DNA of 64,000 nt. Origin: an uncultured Actinomycetota bacterium (GTDB taxonomy: Bacteria; Actinomycetota; Actinomycetes; Actinomycetales; Microbacteriaceae). The stretch spans positions 24,773 to 88,772 of the forward strand of contig CAVWNM010000001.1 in the NCBI GenBank assembly GCA_963756345.1, in the 5' to 3' direction. Made by a program: the position numbers and the translations under genes. Shown one piece after another: positions 1 through 10,404 of the stretch. The notes beneath the pieces were generated by a model, which saw nothing but the letters and a program-made list of their open reading frames with translations, searched no databases and was not told where the DNA came from. Position 1 is the stretch's first letter. The number at the start of each line of letters is the position of its first letter.

Positions 1-1025
1 TTCTCATCGTGGGTGACCTCGATCCAAGCAGGTCTGCTGCGCAGGCCGCGAAGCACGGCGTCCCGGCTTCGGGAAGCGCCGACGATGTGCTCGCGCATCC
101 TGACGTCGAGCTCGTCATCAACCTCACGATCCCCGCAGTGCACGCCGCCGTGTCATCCGCTGCGATCAGTGCGGGCAAGCACGTGTGGAGCGAGAAGCCA
201 ATCGCGATCGATCGCGCGAGCGCCGCCGCCCTGCTGGACCAGGCGGATGCCGCGGGACTGCGCGTCGGCGTGGCGCCCGACACGGTGCTCGGCCCAGGCG
301 TGCAATCCGCCAAGCGCGCGATTGAGCGCGGTGACATCGGGCGACCGCTCTTCGCGCAGACCACCATGCAGTGGCAGGGTCCGGAAATCTTTCATCCGGA
401 CCCCGCTTTTCTGTTCGCGACAGGTGCCGGGCCGCTTTTCGATATGGGGCCGTACTACTTCAGCACGCTCGTTCACGTGCTCGGGCCTGTGGCGTCGGTC
501 GCAGCTTTGGGGCTCAAGGCGCGCGAGAATCGTTCGGTGCTGGTCGGGCCAAAAGCGGGGGAGACCTTCCCCGTGGAGATTCCCTCCACCATCAATGTGC
601 TTGCCGAGTTTGAAGGCGGGGCGCATTCCCAGTCGATACTGAGCACGGACTCACCGCTGCTTCATCAGGGGTTTGTTCAGATATCAGGCACAGAGGGCAC
701 GATCCTGCTGCCCGATCCGAACATGTTCACCGGTCGCTCGTCACTCATCCGGCCACTCGCGAGCATCGATTCGAAACAAGAATGGGTCGAATTGGCCGAG
801 GAGGGCGTCGTGGTCGGACGCGGCCTTGGGGCGCTCGACATGGCCCGCGCTATTCGCGGCGGAACCCCCCACCGAGCGACCGGCGAGCTGGGGTACCACG
901 TGCTTGACACGATGCTCGCCGCGGAGGAGTCGGCCGAATTGCGCGAGTTCGTCGAGGTGCGCAGCACGGCTGATCCCATCGAGGCCATGCCGGTTGACTT
1001 TGACCCGTTCGCTGCGAGTCTCTGA
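1..1025 (+). CDS. Gfo/Idh/MocA family NAD(P)-dependent oxidoreductase (5' end outside window)
   Basis: ORF 9..1025 is open to the window edge. It contains conserved Gfo/Idh/MocA motifs (EKPIAID, GPYYFSTLVHVLGP, C-terminal alpha/beta domain). It is a clear paralog of the minus-strand gene at 1845..3084. Confidence 0.8.
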   Translation, partial: LIVGDLDPSRSAAQAAKHGVPASGSADDVLAHPDVELVINLTIPAVHAAVSSAAISAGKHVWSEKPIAIDRASAAALLDQADAAGLRVGVAPDTVLGPGVQSAKRAIERGDIGRPLFAQTTMQWQGPEIFHPDPAFLFATGAGPLFDMGPYYFSTLVHVLGPVASVAALGLKARENRSVLVGPKAGETFPVEIPSTINVLAEFEGGAHSQSILSTDSPLLHQGFVQISGTEGTILLPDPNMFTGRSSLIRPLASIDSKQEWVELAEEGVVVGRGLGALDMARAIRGGTPHRATGELGYHVLDTMLAAEESAELREFVEVRSTADPIEAMPVDFDPFAASL

Positions 1026-1063
1026 CGCCGCCGGAAGTCGGTGCCCGAACCTAGCATGGCGGT

Positions 1064-1870
1064 ATGCCAGAGCAGGTGGAGGCGTGGTGGGCACGCAGGC
1101 AGTCGTCGAAGGGCGCGACCACGCCGTATCCGGTCGGGACGTTCCGGGATGCGTGGATGCGATATCCGGTGCTGATCCGCCAATACCACCCCGACCTCAA
1201 CTTCGGGATTGTGTTGAGCCAGATCCCGCCCGCCGCTGATGTGTACCTGCTCTGGCAATGCGAGAGTGGCCATCTTTTTGTCGCGACACCGTGGGAACAG
1301 CGACAGCGACCCGGTCGTAGTCGCCGACGATCGACGTGGTGTCCCGAGTGCTCGATGGGGGCGACAGGACGGTCAGCTGCCGCTCCTCGCAGGAAGCCGG
1401 CTGCCGACCTGTGCCCGAAGACTCCCTCGCTGGCTGTCGGCGTGCCATTTCACAGCGAGTGCGCGCCGCGCCCGGCATCCGCTGCCGAGGAATTGCTCAG
1501 ACAGAAGCTCGCCGCGCGACTGATGTTCCAGGGCGGCTTGAACGCGGTGCGGGTCGCCCGCCCATTCTTCACGCACCTCGAGGTGTGGCCGGACATTGTC
1601 ATTTCGGAACTTATGGTCGCCATCGAATACGACACCACCGGCCGCGACGGGCTCGAGCATGTCGGCGCGAGGGAATCGGTCGATCGCCGCAAGGATCGGT
1701 TGCTTCGCCGCACCGGGTGGGAGGTCGTTCGCGTGCGGGGAGGGAAGCTGCACCACATTGGGCCGTTCGATGTCTCCGGTGCGACCGTGACGGGGAAACT
1801 CATCGATCGAGTGGTTGATCGACTCTGCGAGATTCGGGGAGATCTCATCGTGAACTCCTACCTCGTCTGA
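1064..1870 (+). CDS. zinc-ribbon + DUF559-like (restriction-endonuclease-fold) domain protein
   Basis: ORF 1064..1870 has an N-terminal treble-clef/zinc-ribbon signature (WQCESGHLF ... CPECS). The C-terminal region resembles DUF559 / very-short-patch-repair-like endonuclease fold proteins (IEYDTTGRDGLEH ... GWEVVRVRGG). Family assignment is from motif memory, not a search. Confidence 0.55.
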   Translation: MPEQVEAWWARRQSSKGATTPYPVGTFRDAWMRYPVLIRQYHPDLNFGIVLSQIPPAADVYLLWQCESGHLFVATPWEQRQRPGRSRRRSTWCPECSMGATGRSAAAPRRKPAADLCPKTPSLAVGVPFHSECAPRPASAAEELLRQKLAARLMFQGGLNAVRVARPFFTHLEVWPDIVISELMVAIEYDTTGRDGLEHVGARESVDRRKDRLLRRTGWEVVRVRGGKLHHIGPFDVSGATVTGKLIDRVVDRLCEIRGDLIVNSYLV

Positions 1871-3084
1871 CAACCCTGGGCGCCGCCGCCCGACTTTGCT
1901 CGAGAACTGCTGCCAGGTTCAGAAGGTCCGGGCGGCGGGATTCCAATCGACATCCAGTCGGTATGGGCTTAGTAACGTTCGAGGTCACGTCGACTGGCAG
2001 GCGGGACTCCGCTGCGTCCGAGATGGCGAGCAGCACATCGAGTACGTGGGCGGCGAGAGCACCGCTCGCGCGCTCGGGTTCACTGCCCCGAATGGCTCGG
2101 GCCAGGTTCAACACTCCCGAGCCGCGCCCATACGTGGAGCCAGTCGCGGTGAGAGTGAGGGGTTCCGTGTGGCCGAAGCGCCACAGCGTGGAGTCGCCGT
2201 CAAAGGTGTTCGGATCAGGCAGGACGATTGTTCCCTCTGTGCCACTGATCTCCACGAATCCCGCGCGTGGCAGGGCGTTTTGGAAGCTGAACGTCGATTG
2301 TGCCGACTGTCCGCTCAGCGAACTCGACGAGGGCGGCGTAGTGCGTCGGCACCTCGACCGGGAACTCGCTCCCGGCACGCGGGCCACTACCAATCGTGCG
2401 CACGAGCGACGACTTTGACGAGACAGCGCTCACTCGGCTGGCAGCACCGAACGCGTGCACGAGCGTCGTGACGTAATACGGGCCCATATCGAACAGCGGC
2501 CCTGCCCCGTGGGCGAAGAGGAACTCCGGGTTGGGGTGCCAGGCCTCCGGGCCGGGGACGTGAAACATCGTTGTCGCCGTCAGCGGCTCGCCGATATCAC
2601 CGCGGGCGATTGCGCGCATGGCTGTTTGGATGCCCGCACCGAGCACCGTGTCAGGTGCGCAGGCGACTCGAACGCCCGCCGCGTCGGCGGCGGCGAGAAG
2701 AGCCGCACCCCCTTGGTGGTCGAGAGCGAGCGGCTTCTCGCTCCAGACGTTCTTGCCGGCCGCAATGATGAGCTCGCCGACCTCCGTGTGGACGGCCGGG
2801 ATGGTGAGGTTCACGACTATCTCGATCTCGTCCATCGCGAGGAGCTCGTCAACGGAGCCGTGTCCAGGCACCCCGTAGGCTTCGGCCTGCGCACGTGCGC
2901 GGCTTGGATCGAGGTCGGCGATGAACAGGACCGACAGATCCGGGAACGCCGTCATGTTCTCCAGATAGGTGTTACTGATCACTCCTGCGCCAATGAGGCC
3001 GACGCCGACCGGCCCTGAGATGGACATGTGTTTCTCCCTGGTGGTGGTGGGTGAATCTGCGGTTTCCGCCGCGGTGAAAGACAA
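1845..3084 (-). CDS. Gfo/Idh/MocA family oxidoreductase, apparent frameshift near 2310-2330
   Basis: N-terminal Rossmann part is in ORF 2215..3084 (GLIGAGVISNTYL, EKPLALD, GPYYVTTLVHAFG). The C-terminal part continues in ORF 1845..2393 (FVEISGTEGTIVLPDP), which aligns residue-for-residue with the paralog at 1..1025. The join requires a 1-nt shift. Confidence 0.75.
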
Positions 3085-3122
3085 TCTAGCGCGTTGCGTT
3101 CAGCGGCATGCTCGAACGCGAC

Positions 3123-4052
3123 CTACATAGTGCCGATCGGGTAAGCCACAATCGCGATCCTTGTGCCGCTCGGATCCCAGCTCGGCACGTTCATGGTGCC
3201 TTGTCCACCGAAGATCGTGGCGAGGTCACGCACCTGGCCACGCTTATCGCGCAGGCGAACGATGATGTCACGGTCGGCGGGATGGCCTTCGGTCCCCGGG
3301 GGGAAGCTGACATAAACGAGTGAGTCACCGTCGGGTGAGGGGTGAGGGAACCAGTTGACCCGTTCGTCGTCGCTCAGTTGCTCTGGAGTGCCGCCGCCCA
3401 CAGGCATTCGGAAGAGTTGTGCGTGTCCCGGGGTGACAGAACCGCGCTCTGAGTTGAAGTAGATCCACTGGCCGTCTGGTGAGAATTCGGCGCCATCGTC
3501 GGGGAAGCTGTCATCCGTCAACTGCGTCTCTTCCCCGCCCGCAGAAGGGATGGTGTAGACGTTGGTCGTGACGCCGCCGTCGAAGACGCGCATGCCGATG
3601 AAGGCAAGAAGCGCACCGTCGGGGGAGACCCCGTGCAAATAGTGCCGAAAGTCGTCCCCGCGGTCGTTGGTCACTCGGCGAATGTCCCCGCCCGCAAGCG
3701 GCACAGCGTAGATGTGACCGTCGTCGCTCGATACATATGCCAGATGGCCATCGGGGCTGAGAACGTGATCGTTGTTGATCGCCGGAATGTCTCCCAGATC
3801 GATCTGATCGAGATCGCCACCGTCCACACCGAGCCGGTAGAGCCCGCCATCACCGTTTACGACGAGGGCGCCTCCGTCTGGGGTCCAGTTCGGGGCCTCG
3901 ATCAGGATCGATTCGGAGACATAGCGGAGGGTCATATTGCCGGTGGCGACATCGATGATGTGGAGCTCCGCGCGTTGGCCTGGCCGAAGTTGTCGGGGCA
4001 TGAAGCTGCTTTCTGATGTTGGGTGAATGAAGGAAAAGGGAGTGCTTGCCAA
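3123..4052 (-). CDS. TolB-like / PD40 WD40-like beta-propeller repeat protein
   Basis: ORF 3123..4052 has repeated SPDG / DGxxxxF motifs typical of PD40 beta-propeller blades. Confidence 0.6.
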   Translation of the reverse strand: MASTPFSFIHPTSESSFMPRQLRPGQRAELHIIDVATGNMTLRYVSESILIEAPNWTPDGGALVVNGDGGLYRLGVDGGDLDQIDLGDIPAINNDHVLSPDGHLAYVSSDDGHIYAVPLAGGDIRRVTNDRGDDFRHYLHGVSPDGALLAFIGMRVFDGGVTTNVYTIPSAGGEETQLTDDSFPDDGAEFSPDGQWIYFNSERGSVTPGHAQLFRMPVGGGTPEQLSDDERVNWFPHPSPDGDSLVYVSFPPGTEGHPADRDIIVRLRDKRGQVRDLATIFGGQGTMNVPSWDPSGTRIAIVAYPIGTM

Positions 4053-4157
4053 TGATTATGTCGGAGAGTATTTTCGGCTTGTCGGTGACTCTCGGTCGCC
4101 TCGCGATCGTCAGTTTCGATGCCCAAATCCGAAACACATCACAATGAGGTGGCGACT

Positions 4158-4466
4158 ATGAAGCGAGCGATTATCGGATGCTTTGTTGCATTCGGTCTTG
4201 TTCTCGGCGGAACCGGAACGGCATTCGCGGGCGAGATAAATGGCAAGGGCGATCCCATCCCCGGCGCGCACAAGGCAAGTTCGGCTTGCGCGTTTTCAGG
4301 GCGGGATCTGCCCGACTCGATCGAGGGAAACCCGCCCGGGTTTGACGACGATTTCGTTACAGGTGGGCACGTGCAGACCTACGGAATGTATGTCAAGCAC
4401 GGACTGAAGGGCGTTGTGCCATCGCCGGGCGTAGCTTGCCGGGGCAACACGGACTTCGTCGAGTAG
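4158..4466 (+). CDS. small secreted protein with signal peptide, 4 Cys, unknown function
   Basis: An internal ATG at 4158 (MKRAIIGCFVAFGLVLGGTGTAFA) gives a classical signal peptide and is preceded by a GAGGTGG ribosome-binding site. ORF track start 4119 is probably too long. Confidence 0.5.
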   Translation: MKRAIIGCFVAFGLVLGGTGTAFAGEINGKGDPIPGAHKASSACAFSGRDLPDSIEGNPPGFDDDFVTGGHVQTYGMYVKHGLKGVVPSPGVACRGNTDFVE

Positions 4467-4528
4467 CACTAGACCCGCTTTTCGAGTTATCGGTTGGCCC
4501 CGCAACGCGGAACGGCGGGGCCAGCTGC

Positions 4529-5557
4529 TCAGACAGCCCGCCTGGTAGGGCCTGCCGCGGATCTCGTCGATTCCCGCTGCATCAACGTGACTGCCAGTTC
4601 AATACGCCGAGGCCCACCAGTTACTGAGCCGTCGATGCGACCCAGAAGGGTTTCCGCCATGGCGGCGCCAATCTTGGGGGCAGGGTTCGAGACAGTGGTG
4701 AGACTCGGCGTGACTACGGCCGCGGCCTCAATGTCGTCGAATCCAACAACCGAGATGTCTTCGGGCACCCTGATGCCAGCACGGGTGAGTTCGCTCATCG
4801 CGCTAATGGCCATCTGATCGTTCGCGCACACAATGGCGTCCGGGAGGTTCCCGCTGCCCAGGATCTGTCGAGCACCCTCCCGACCGCCTTCCTGGCTGAT
4901 AGAGGTGCGGATGATGCGGGTTGAGAGACCTTCACGGCTCCCGTGCACTGCTGCTTCGTAGCCGCGGAGACGATCTGCTGTCGCGTCGGTGTCTGACGTG
5001 CCGGTAAGGAAGACGATGTTCCGGTGCCCGAAGGCGAGGAGGTGCTCGGTCGCGGCCTTGCTGCCGCCGATGCTGTCGAGAACAACGGCATCTCCGTCTG
5101 CTGTCGCAGCGCTGCCGAGGAACACTGTGGGGATTCCCGCTCGGCGTGCCGCCTCGAGGGTGGAGGGGTCGTGCCGGTAGGAACACACCGCGATGCCGTC
5201 TACACGCCGGAGGACCATTTTCTCAATGATTCGGGCCTCCTTCTCGGGGTCGCCGTCTGAGCAACAGATGATTCCATCGAATCCTGCCTCGTCGAGATCG
5301 TCGAGAATGCTGCGTGCGATTGCCGGGTAGAAGGGGTTGGTGATGTCAGGGACGACGATTGCGATCATCGCGGTGTGCTGTGTGCGCAGGCTTTTGGCGA
5401 TTTGGTTCGGACTGTAGCCGAGTGCGCTCACACTTGCTCGCACTCGATCCTTTTTCTCGTCCGAGACGGGCCTCAGACCGCTCAACACGTACGACACGGT
5501 CGCGACGCTGACGCTGGCATGGTCAGCGACCATCTTGATGGTTACCTGTTCAACCAC
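4529..5557 (-). CDS. LacI family transcriptional regulator
   Basis: N-terminal HTH (VTIKMVADHASVSVATVSYVLSG) plus periplasmic-binding-like sugar-binding core. GTG start is preceded by a GGGAGG ribosome-binding site. Divergent to the ABC transporter operon. Confidence 0.85.
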   Translation of the reverse strand: MVEQVTIKMVADHASVSVATVSYVLSGLRPVSDEKKDRVRASVSALGYSPNQIAKSLRTQHTAMIAIVVPDITNPFYPAIARSILDDLDEAGFDGIICCSDGDPEKEARIIEKMVLRRVDGIAVCSYRHDPSTLEAARRAGIPTVFLGSAATADGDAVVLDSIGGSKAATEHLLAFGHRNIVFLTGTSDTDATADRLRGYEAAVHGSREGLSTRIIRTSISQEGGREGARQILGSGNLPDAIVCANDQMAISAMSELTRAGIRVPEDISVVGFDDIEAAAVVTPSLTTVSNPAPKIGAAMAETLLGRIDGSVTGGPRRIELAVTLMQRESTRSAAGPTRRAV

Positions 5558-5666
5558 AGACTGACCTCCCTTATCCGCACCAAGCTACCGTGGCATGCAA
5601 GCCTGGGCGAGTTTGCTCGTGCAGGTTTGTATTTTCGTCGATACCAGCAGGTCGGTTGACACCGAT

Positions 5667-5701
5667 GAAATCGATGTGCTTTACTGCTCGTAATCGATTA
5701 C
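5667..5701. promoter_or_regulatory. putative LacI-type operator(s): perfect 12-bp palindrome GTAATCGATTAC plus a related half-site AAATCGAT, in the divergent promoter region
   Basis: Read directly in the 180-bp intergenic region between the lacI-family gene and the ABC substrate-binding gene. A TTGACA-like hexamer lies at about 5656. The palindrome has the CG-centred form typical of LacI/GalR operators. Confidence 0.4.
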
Positions 5702-5736
5702 GACCCTTATACCTTACCCTCTCCAAAGGAGCAGAG

Positions 5737-7023
5737 ATGAAGAAGACCATTGCCCGTAAACTCCTCACACTGACGGGAGTTCTCACCGCGGCCACCATCG
5801 CGATCACGGGCTGTGCCTCGGCCACACCAGCAGTCGCGGAGGACTCCACCGTGACGATCTGGTCGTGGCGGACCAATGATGTGGCTGCGTTCGAGGAGCT
5901 CGCCGCCCTCTATAACGAAGAGCACCCGAATGTCACCCTCGACTTCCGAACCTTCAAGGCAGAGGAGTACCAGCAGATACTGGCAACCGGGCTCTCCGCC
6001 TCCAAGGGGCCCGACCTCTTGCAGGTGAAGTCGTACGGCATCATCGAGCAGTTCGCTGAAGCTGGATCGCTGGAGCCACTCGACGAAATCGTCCCTGGTA
6101 TTGCCGACTACAGCGACAACGTGCTTGCGGGCACGAGTAACCGCCAGGACGGCCTCGTCTACGGAATTCCGTTCAGCATTCAGACGATGCAGGTGTTCTA
6201 CAACAAGACGATCTTTGACGAGCTGGGGCTTTCGGTACCGACTACTTACGACGAGTTCATCGAGGTGTGTGACGAGCTGAAGGCAGCCGGCATCACTCCA
6301 CTGGTGACCGGCGGAGACAACGTTCCACAGCTTTCACTGGTGGCCGACACTCTCGGGTCTGCTCGCCGCGGTGGCGCAGACTTCGAGAAGGCATTCCTCG
6401 CGGGTAAGACCGACCTCAGTGACCCCGACTACGTCGCGTCGCTCGAGATCATGAAGGAGCTGCAGCCGTACTTCCCCGAATCCATTGTCGGAACATCCAA
6501 TGAAGAGGCTCGCACTCTGATCTTCACCGGTGCGGCCGCGATGTTGCCGTCGGGTGCCTGGGAGGTTCAGGGACTTCGAGACAATGCTCCTGACTACGAA
6601 TTCGGCATCTTCGACATGCCCGTTGACTCGAGCTGGCCGTCTGCGGAACCGGTAACGCCCGGGTACGTTGACGGTGGTTGGGCGATGTCGACCAGAGCCG
6701 AGAACAAAGAGGTAGCGATCGAGGTCTTGAACTGGTTCGCGGGACTGGAATTCTCACAGCGCTACTCCGATCTCACCGCCCTTATGCCCGCACTCGACAC
6801 GGTCGTCGTATCCGACCCGCTGGTGCAGGAAGCGTTTGACGCCTACACCGACCACGGCGTCAACTACTTCGGTTCTGCGAACCTGCGCTACGGCACACCT
6901 TCCGGAACTGACCTGATGGGCGAAGCCGTGCAGAAGATGTGGCTTGGCCAGGAGGACGCAAAGGTCGCGGCGGCGAACATCCAGCGCGGCATCGACCAGT
7001 GGTACGTCCCGGTGAAGAACTAA
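5737..7023 (+). CDS. ABC transporter substrate-binding lipoprotein (family 1 extracellular solute-binding protein, sugar)
   Basis: Start at ATG 5737 with an AAGGAG ribosome-binding site. Lipoprotein signal peptide with lipobox (LTAATIAITGCAS). SBP family 1 body. ORF track start 5590 is an upstream extension. Confidence 0.8.
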   Translation: MKKTIARKLLTLTGVLTAATIAITGCASATPAVAEDSTVTIWSWRTNDVAAFEELAALYNEEHPNVTLDFRTFKAEEYQQILATGLSASKGPDLLQVKSYGIIEQFAEAGSLEPLDEIVPGIADYSDNVLAGTSNRQDGLVYGIPFSIQTMQVFYNKTIFDELGLSVPTTYDEFIEVCDELKAAGITPLVTGGDNVPQLSLVADTLGSARRGGADFEKAFLAGKTDLSDPDYVASLEIMKELQPYFPESIVGTSNEEARTLIFTGAAAMLPSGAWEVQGLRDNAPDYEFGIFDMPVDSSWPSAEPVTPGYVDGGWAMSTRAENKEVAIEVLNWFAGLEFSQRYSDLTALMPALDTVVVSDPLVQEAFDAYTDHGVNYFGSANLRYGTPSGTDLMGEAVQKMWLGQEDAKVAAANIQRGIDQWYVPVKN

Positions 7024-7027
7024 CACG

Positions 7028-7976
7028 ATGACCGTTGCGCCAATGCGGCTCGCCTCGAAGGGGGGCTCGGCTCGCCGGGTCCCCCTTCGGGTGGTCGTCC
7101 TCTTCATCCTTCCCGCCTTCGCTCTGTTCGCGGTCTTCCTCCTCTTTCCCCTACTGCAGGCGGTGAGCTACAGCTTCTTCGATTGGAAGGGGACGCGTCA
7201 GCAGGGCTTCATCGGAATTGACAACTACATAAGGCTGTTCACAGATCTGCCCTTCTCTGAGCAGATTCCGAGAGCACTCGGGCACAACCTCCTCTTCTTC
7301 GCCGGAACCGTTGTGCTTCAGAACAGCATCGGACTCTTCCTGGCCGTCCAGCTCCAGCGCTTTCAAGCGGATGCGGCGCCTGTTCCAGACGCTGTACACC
7401 ACCCCGTACCTGGTCAGCCCGCTTGTCGTCGGCTACCTGTGGAGCCTGCTGCTCTCGCCGCAATTCGGGCTGGTCAACGAAGCTCTCCGGGTCGTGGGCC
7501 TGGACGCGCTCGCCCTGCCCTGGCTCGGCGACCCGACGCTCGCACTGCCCGTCCTCATCCTGATCAGCGTCTGGCAATGGATGGGATTCCCCGTTCTGCT
7601 CTATGGCGCAGCCCTGGGAGGGCTTCCCGTCGAGTTGAACGACGCTGCCGCCATCGACGGAGCGAACGGATGGAAGCGGTTCAGGTACGTGACGGGGCCG
7701 ATGCTGACACCCGTCATCGGTACGGTGTCGATCCTGACCTTCATCTCGAGCATGGAGGTGTTCACCCTCGCGTACGCGGTGGGAGGCTCCACGGGCTCGC
7801 CCGCCGGCGCAACAGACGTCTTGAGCCTGCTGTTCTATCGGGTCTCGTTCCAATCTGGCCTCATCGATGCGCTCGGACTCTCGTCAGCGCTGGCGACCCT
7901 GATGCTCATCTTCATCTTCGGCGGCGCCGTGCTCGCCACCCGACTGCTTGCTCGACAAGAGCGGAAACTCTCATGA
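7028..7976 (+). CDS. carbohydrate ABC transporter permease (MalF/UgpA-like), apparent frameshift near 7355-7375
   Basis: N-terminal TM segments are in ORF 7028.. . The body is in ORF 7311..7976 (FQTLYTTPYLVSPLVVGYLW ... EAA-loop region DAAAIDGANGWKRFRYVT). The two frames join only with a 1-nt shift. Confidence 0.75.
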
Positions 7977-8842
7977 CGAACCTCACCCTCGGCCGAACCG
8001 ACAGGTATCTGCCACGCAAGAAGCGCACCTTCAAGGTGCATCCCCTCATCTGGATCGCCATGTGGGGTTACGCCGCGATCTCAGCGGTGCCGCTGCTGAT
8101 CATGTTCCTGAACTCGTTCAGGTCGAGCGCCGAACTGATTGCCAACCCATGGCCATTCACCACCTCGCCAACCATCGAGAACTACGTGAATGCGTGGACT
8201 CAGGCATCGTTCGCAAACTATGTGGGCAACTCCGTCATCGTCACCGTGGGTGCGGTCGTCCTGTCGACGGCAGTCTCATTGCCTGCGGCGTACGCGTTGT
8301 CTCGCTGGCAGTTCGTCGGCAACCGGCTTCTCCAGGCGCTGTTCATCTCCGGGCTGATGGTGCCGATGATGCTCGCGATCCTGCCGATCTTCTACCTGAT
8401 GGACTCGCTCAATCTCATCGATTCGCCGCTCAGCCTCATCCTGATCTACGGGGCAAACGGCGTTCCCTTCTCGATCTTTGTGCTCTCCGCGTTCTTCCGT
8501 CAGCTTCCCGTGGAGCTCGAAGAGGCGGCATCCATCGATGGCTCAGGCTACTTCCGCACATTCGTTCAGGTCATGCTGCCGCTCGTATGGCCGGCAGTCG
8601 CGACAGTGGCGGTCTTCCGCTTCGTGCCCATCTGGAATGAGTTCCTCATGCCGTTGGTGCTGTTGCGGTCGAGGGAGAACTACACGATCTCCGTCGGACT
8701 CACGACCTTCTTCAGCGAGTATGAAACCGATCGAGCCAGCCTGTTCGCCGGCCTGGTCATCGCAACCATCCCGCTGCTGATTCTCTTCATCCTCGCGACC
8801 AAGCAGATTGTGCAGGGACTCACGGCTGGGCTTGGAAAGTGA
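7973..8842 (+). CDS. carbohydrate ABC transporter permease (MalG/UgpE-like)
   Basis: ATG 7973 (MTNLTLGR...) lies inside the long ORF 7028..8842, which is two genes. EAA loop EEAASIDGSGYFRTF. Overlaps the upstream permease stop. Confidence 0.85.
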   Translation: MTNLTLGRTDRYLPRKKRTFKVHPLIWIAMWGYAAISAVPLLIMFLNSFRSSAELIANPWPFTTSPTIENYVNAWTQASFANYVGNSVIVTVGAVVLSTAVSLPAAYALSRWQFVGNRLLQALFISGLMVPMMLAILPIFYLMDSLNLIDSPLSLILIYGANGVPFSIFVLSAFFRQLPVELEEAASIDGSGYFRTFVQVMLPLVWPAVATVAVFRFVPIWNEFLMPLVLLRSRENYTISVGLTTFFSEYETDRASLFAGLVIATIPLLILFILATKQIVQGLTAGLGK

Positions 8843-9784
8843 GTCCGGCGCGACCGGATCGCCGGGTGGTCTGCATCGGGGAGGCCATGGCACAGATCGT
8901 GCCCGCCACTCCCGAATCCCTGCTGACGGCGCCGTACTTTCTGCTGCGGCACGGTGGCGCCGAGACCAATGTTGCCGTCACGCTTGCGGCCCTCGGTACA
9001 CCAGCAGCCTGGTTCGGGCGTCTGGGTGACGATGCTCTCGGGCATCGCATCCGCGCTGAGGTGAAAGCGCAGGGCGTCGACGTTTCGCTCGTCGTGCTCG
9101 ATCCGAGCGCGCGCACCGGGGTCTTCTTCAAGGACCCGGATCCAGAGGCTCGACGCGTGCTGTATTACAGGGATGACTCCGCAGCATCCCGAATGAACGC
9201 ACGCGACATCGAGGGCATCGAACGGGCCGACCCGCTGTGGATCCATGTGAGCGGGGTAACCGCCGCGCTGTCACCCAGCTGCCTCGCCGCCGTCGAGGAG
9301 GTGATCGACCGCGCTGGTCGAGCATCCATCCCCATCAGCTTCGACATCAACTACCGCCCCGTGCTGTGGTCGGATCGCGATACCGCCGCGCAGACACTTC
9401 GAGCGCTGGCTCTTCGCGCAACGGTCGTCTTCGTCGGCCTGGATGAAGCGGACTGACCTCTGGGGCGCGACCACTGCAGCGGACGTTCGTGAACTGCTCC
9501 CGGAGGTGCCCATCCTTGTGGTGAAGGACGGCCCGATCGCAGCGACAGAATTCGGGTCGGATCACACGGTGGCCGTGCCTGCGCTCCAGGTCGAGGTTGT
9601 TGAGTCGGTTGGCGCCGGAGACGCTTTCGCCGCAGGCTGGATCCACGGATTCCTCAACGGTAGCGACGCTGCTGACCGTCTGACCCTCGGCCACCTCACG
9701 GCCCGCGAGGCCCTGCTCAGCACCACGGACCAGGGCGACCTCACCGCACTCGCGAGCCTGCGCCTCGTCGGGATGACGCCGTGA
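8839..9784 (+). CDS. kdgK: PfkB-family sugar kinase, 2-dehydro-3-deoxygluconokinase-like, apparent frameshift near 9440-9460
   Basis: ORF 8839..9456 holds the N-terminal ribokinase-fold part. ORF 9443..9784 carries the C-terminal GAGDAF anion-hole motif. GTGA start/stop overlap with the upstream permease. Specific KdgK assignment is inferred from the neighbouring aldolase. Confidence 0.7.
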
Positions 9785-10404
9785 CCGGTGTGGGCGCGCT
9801 CAGTGCCGCGTACTTCACTGAGGCACTGCCGGCTGGCTCGATCCTCGCGATCCTGCGAGGACACGAAGTCGATCGCACCCTTGCGCTCGCGGAGTCAGTC
9901 TGGGCAGCCGGAGTGAACCTCGTCGAAATCCCGGTTCAGGATTCGCGCTCTCTCGTCGCACTGCGCGAGACGGTCGCACTCGGGAGGAGTCTCGGCAAAG
10001 AGGTAGGAGCGGGAACGATTGTCTCGACCGAGCTCGTCGCCAGGGTGAGGGAGGCGGGAGCAGCGTTCACGGTCGCGCCGGGTCTGGACCCGCTCGTTGT
10101 CGCCGCCAGCGAGGAACACGGCCTTCCCCACCTCCCGGGCGTGTTTACACCGAGCGACATTCAGTCGGCACTCAGGGCCGGATTCTCGTGGATGAAGCTG
10201 TTCCCTGCCGCGGTGCTCGGCCCAGCCGGGTTGCGGCAGCTTCGAGGCCCGTTTCCCGACGTCACCTTCGTTGCGACCGGCGGGGTGGAGGTCGACAGCG
10301 CCGAGGCGTACTTCAGGGCGGGCGCTCGCGCCGTGGGCATTGGCAGTGCGGTCGAGTCAATCACGGCGGCAGACGTTGGCGAGCTGGAGCATGGCGGTGC
10401 CGCA
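9781..10404 (+). CDS. eda: 2-dehydro-3-deoxy-phosphogluconate (KDPG/KDPGal) aldolase; reads in-frame into the downstream dehydratase as given
   Basis: ILAILRGHEVDRTLALAESVWAAGVNLVEIP and TFVATGGV are KDPG-aldolase signatures. A normal about 208-aa length ends at 10404. No in-frame stop occurs before the dehydratase ATG at 10405. A TGA in the +1 frame overlaps that ATG (ATGA). Confidence 0.7.

Noticed and set aside
7028-8842. 604-aa ORF as a single permease.
   Set aside because: It contains two MalF/MalG-type permeases. The second has its own ATG at 7973. The first is frame-split.
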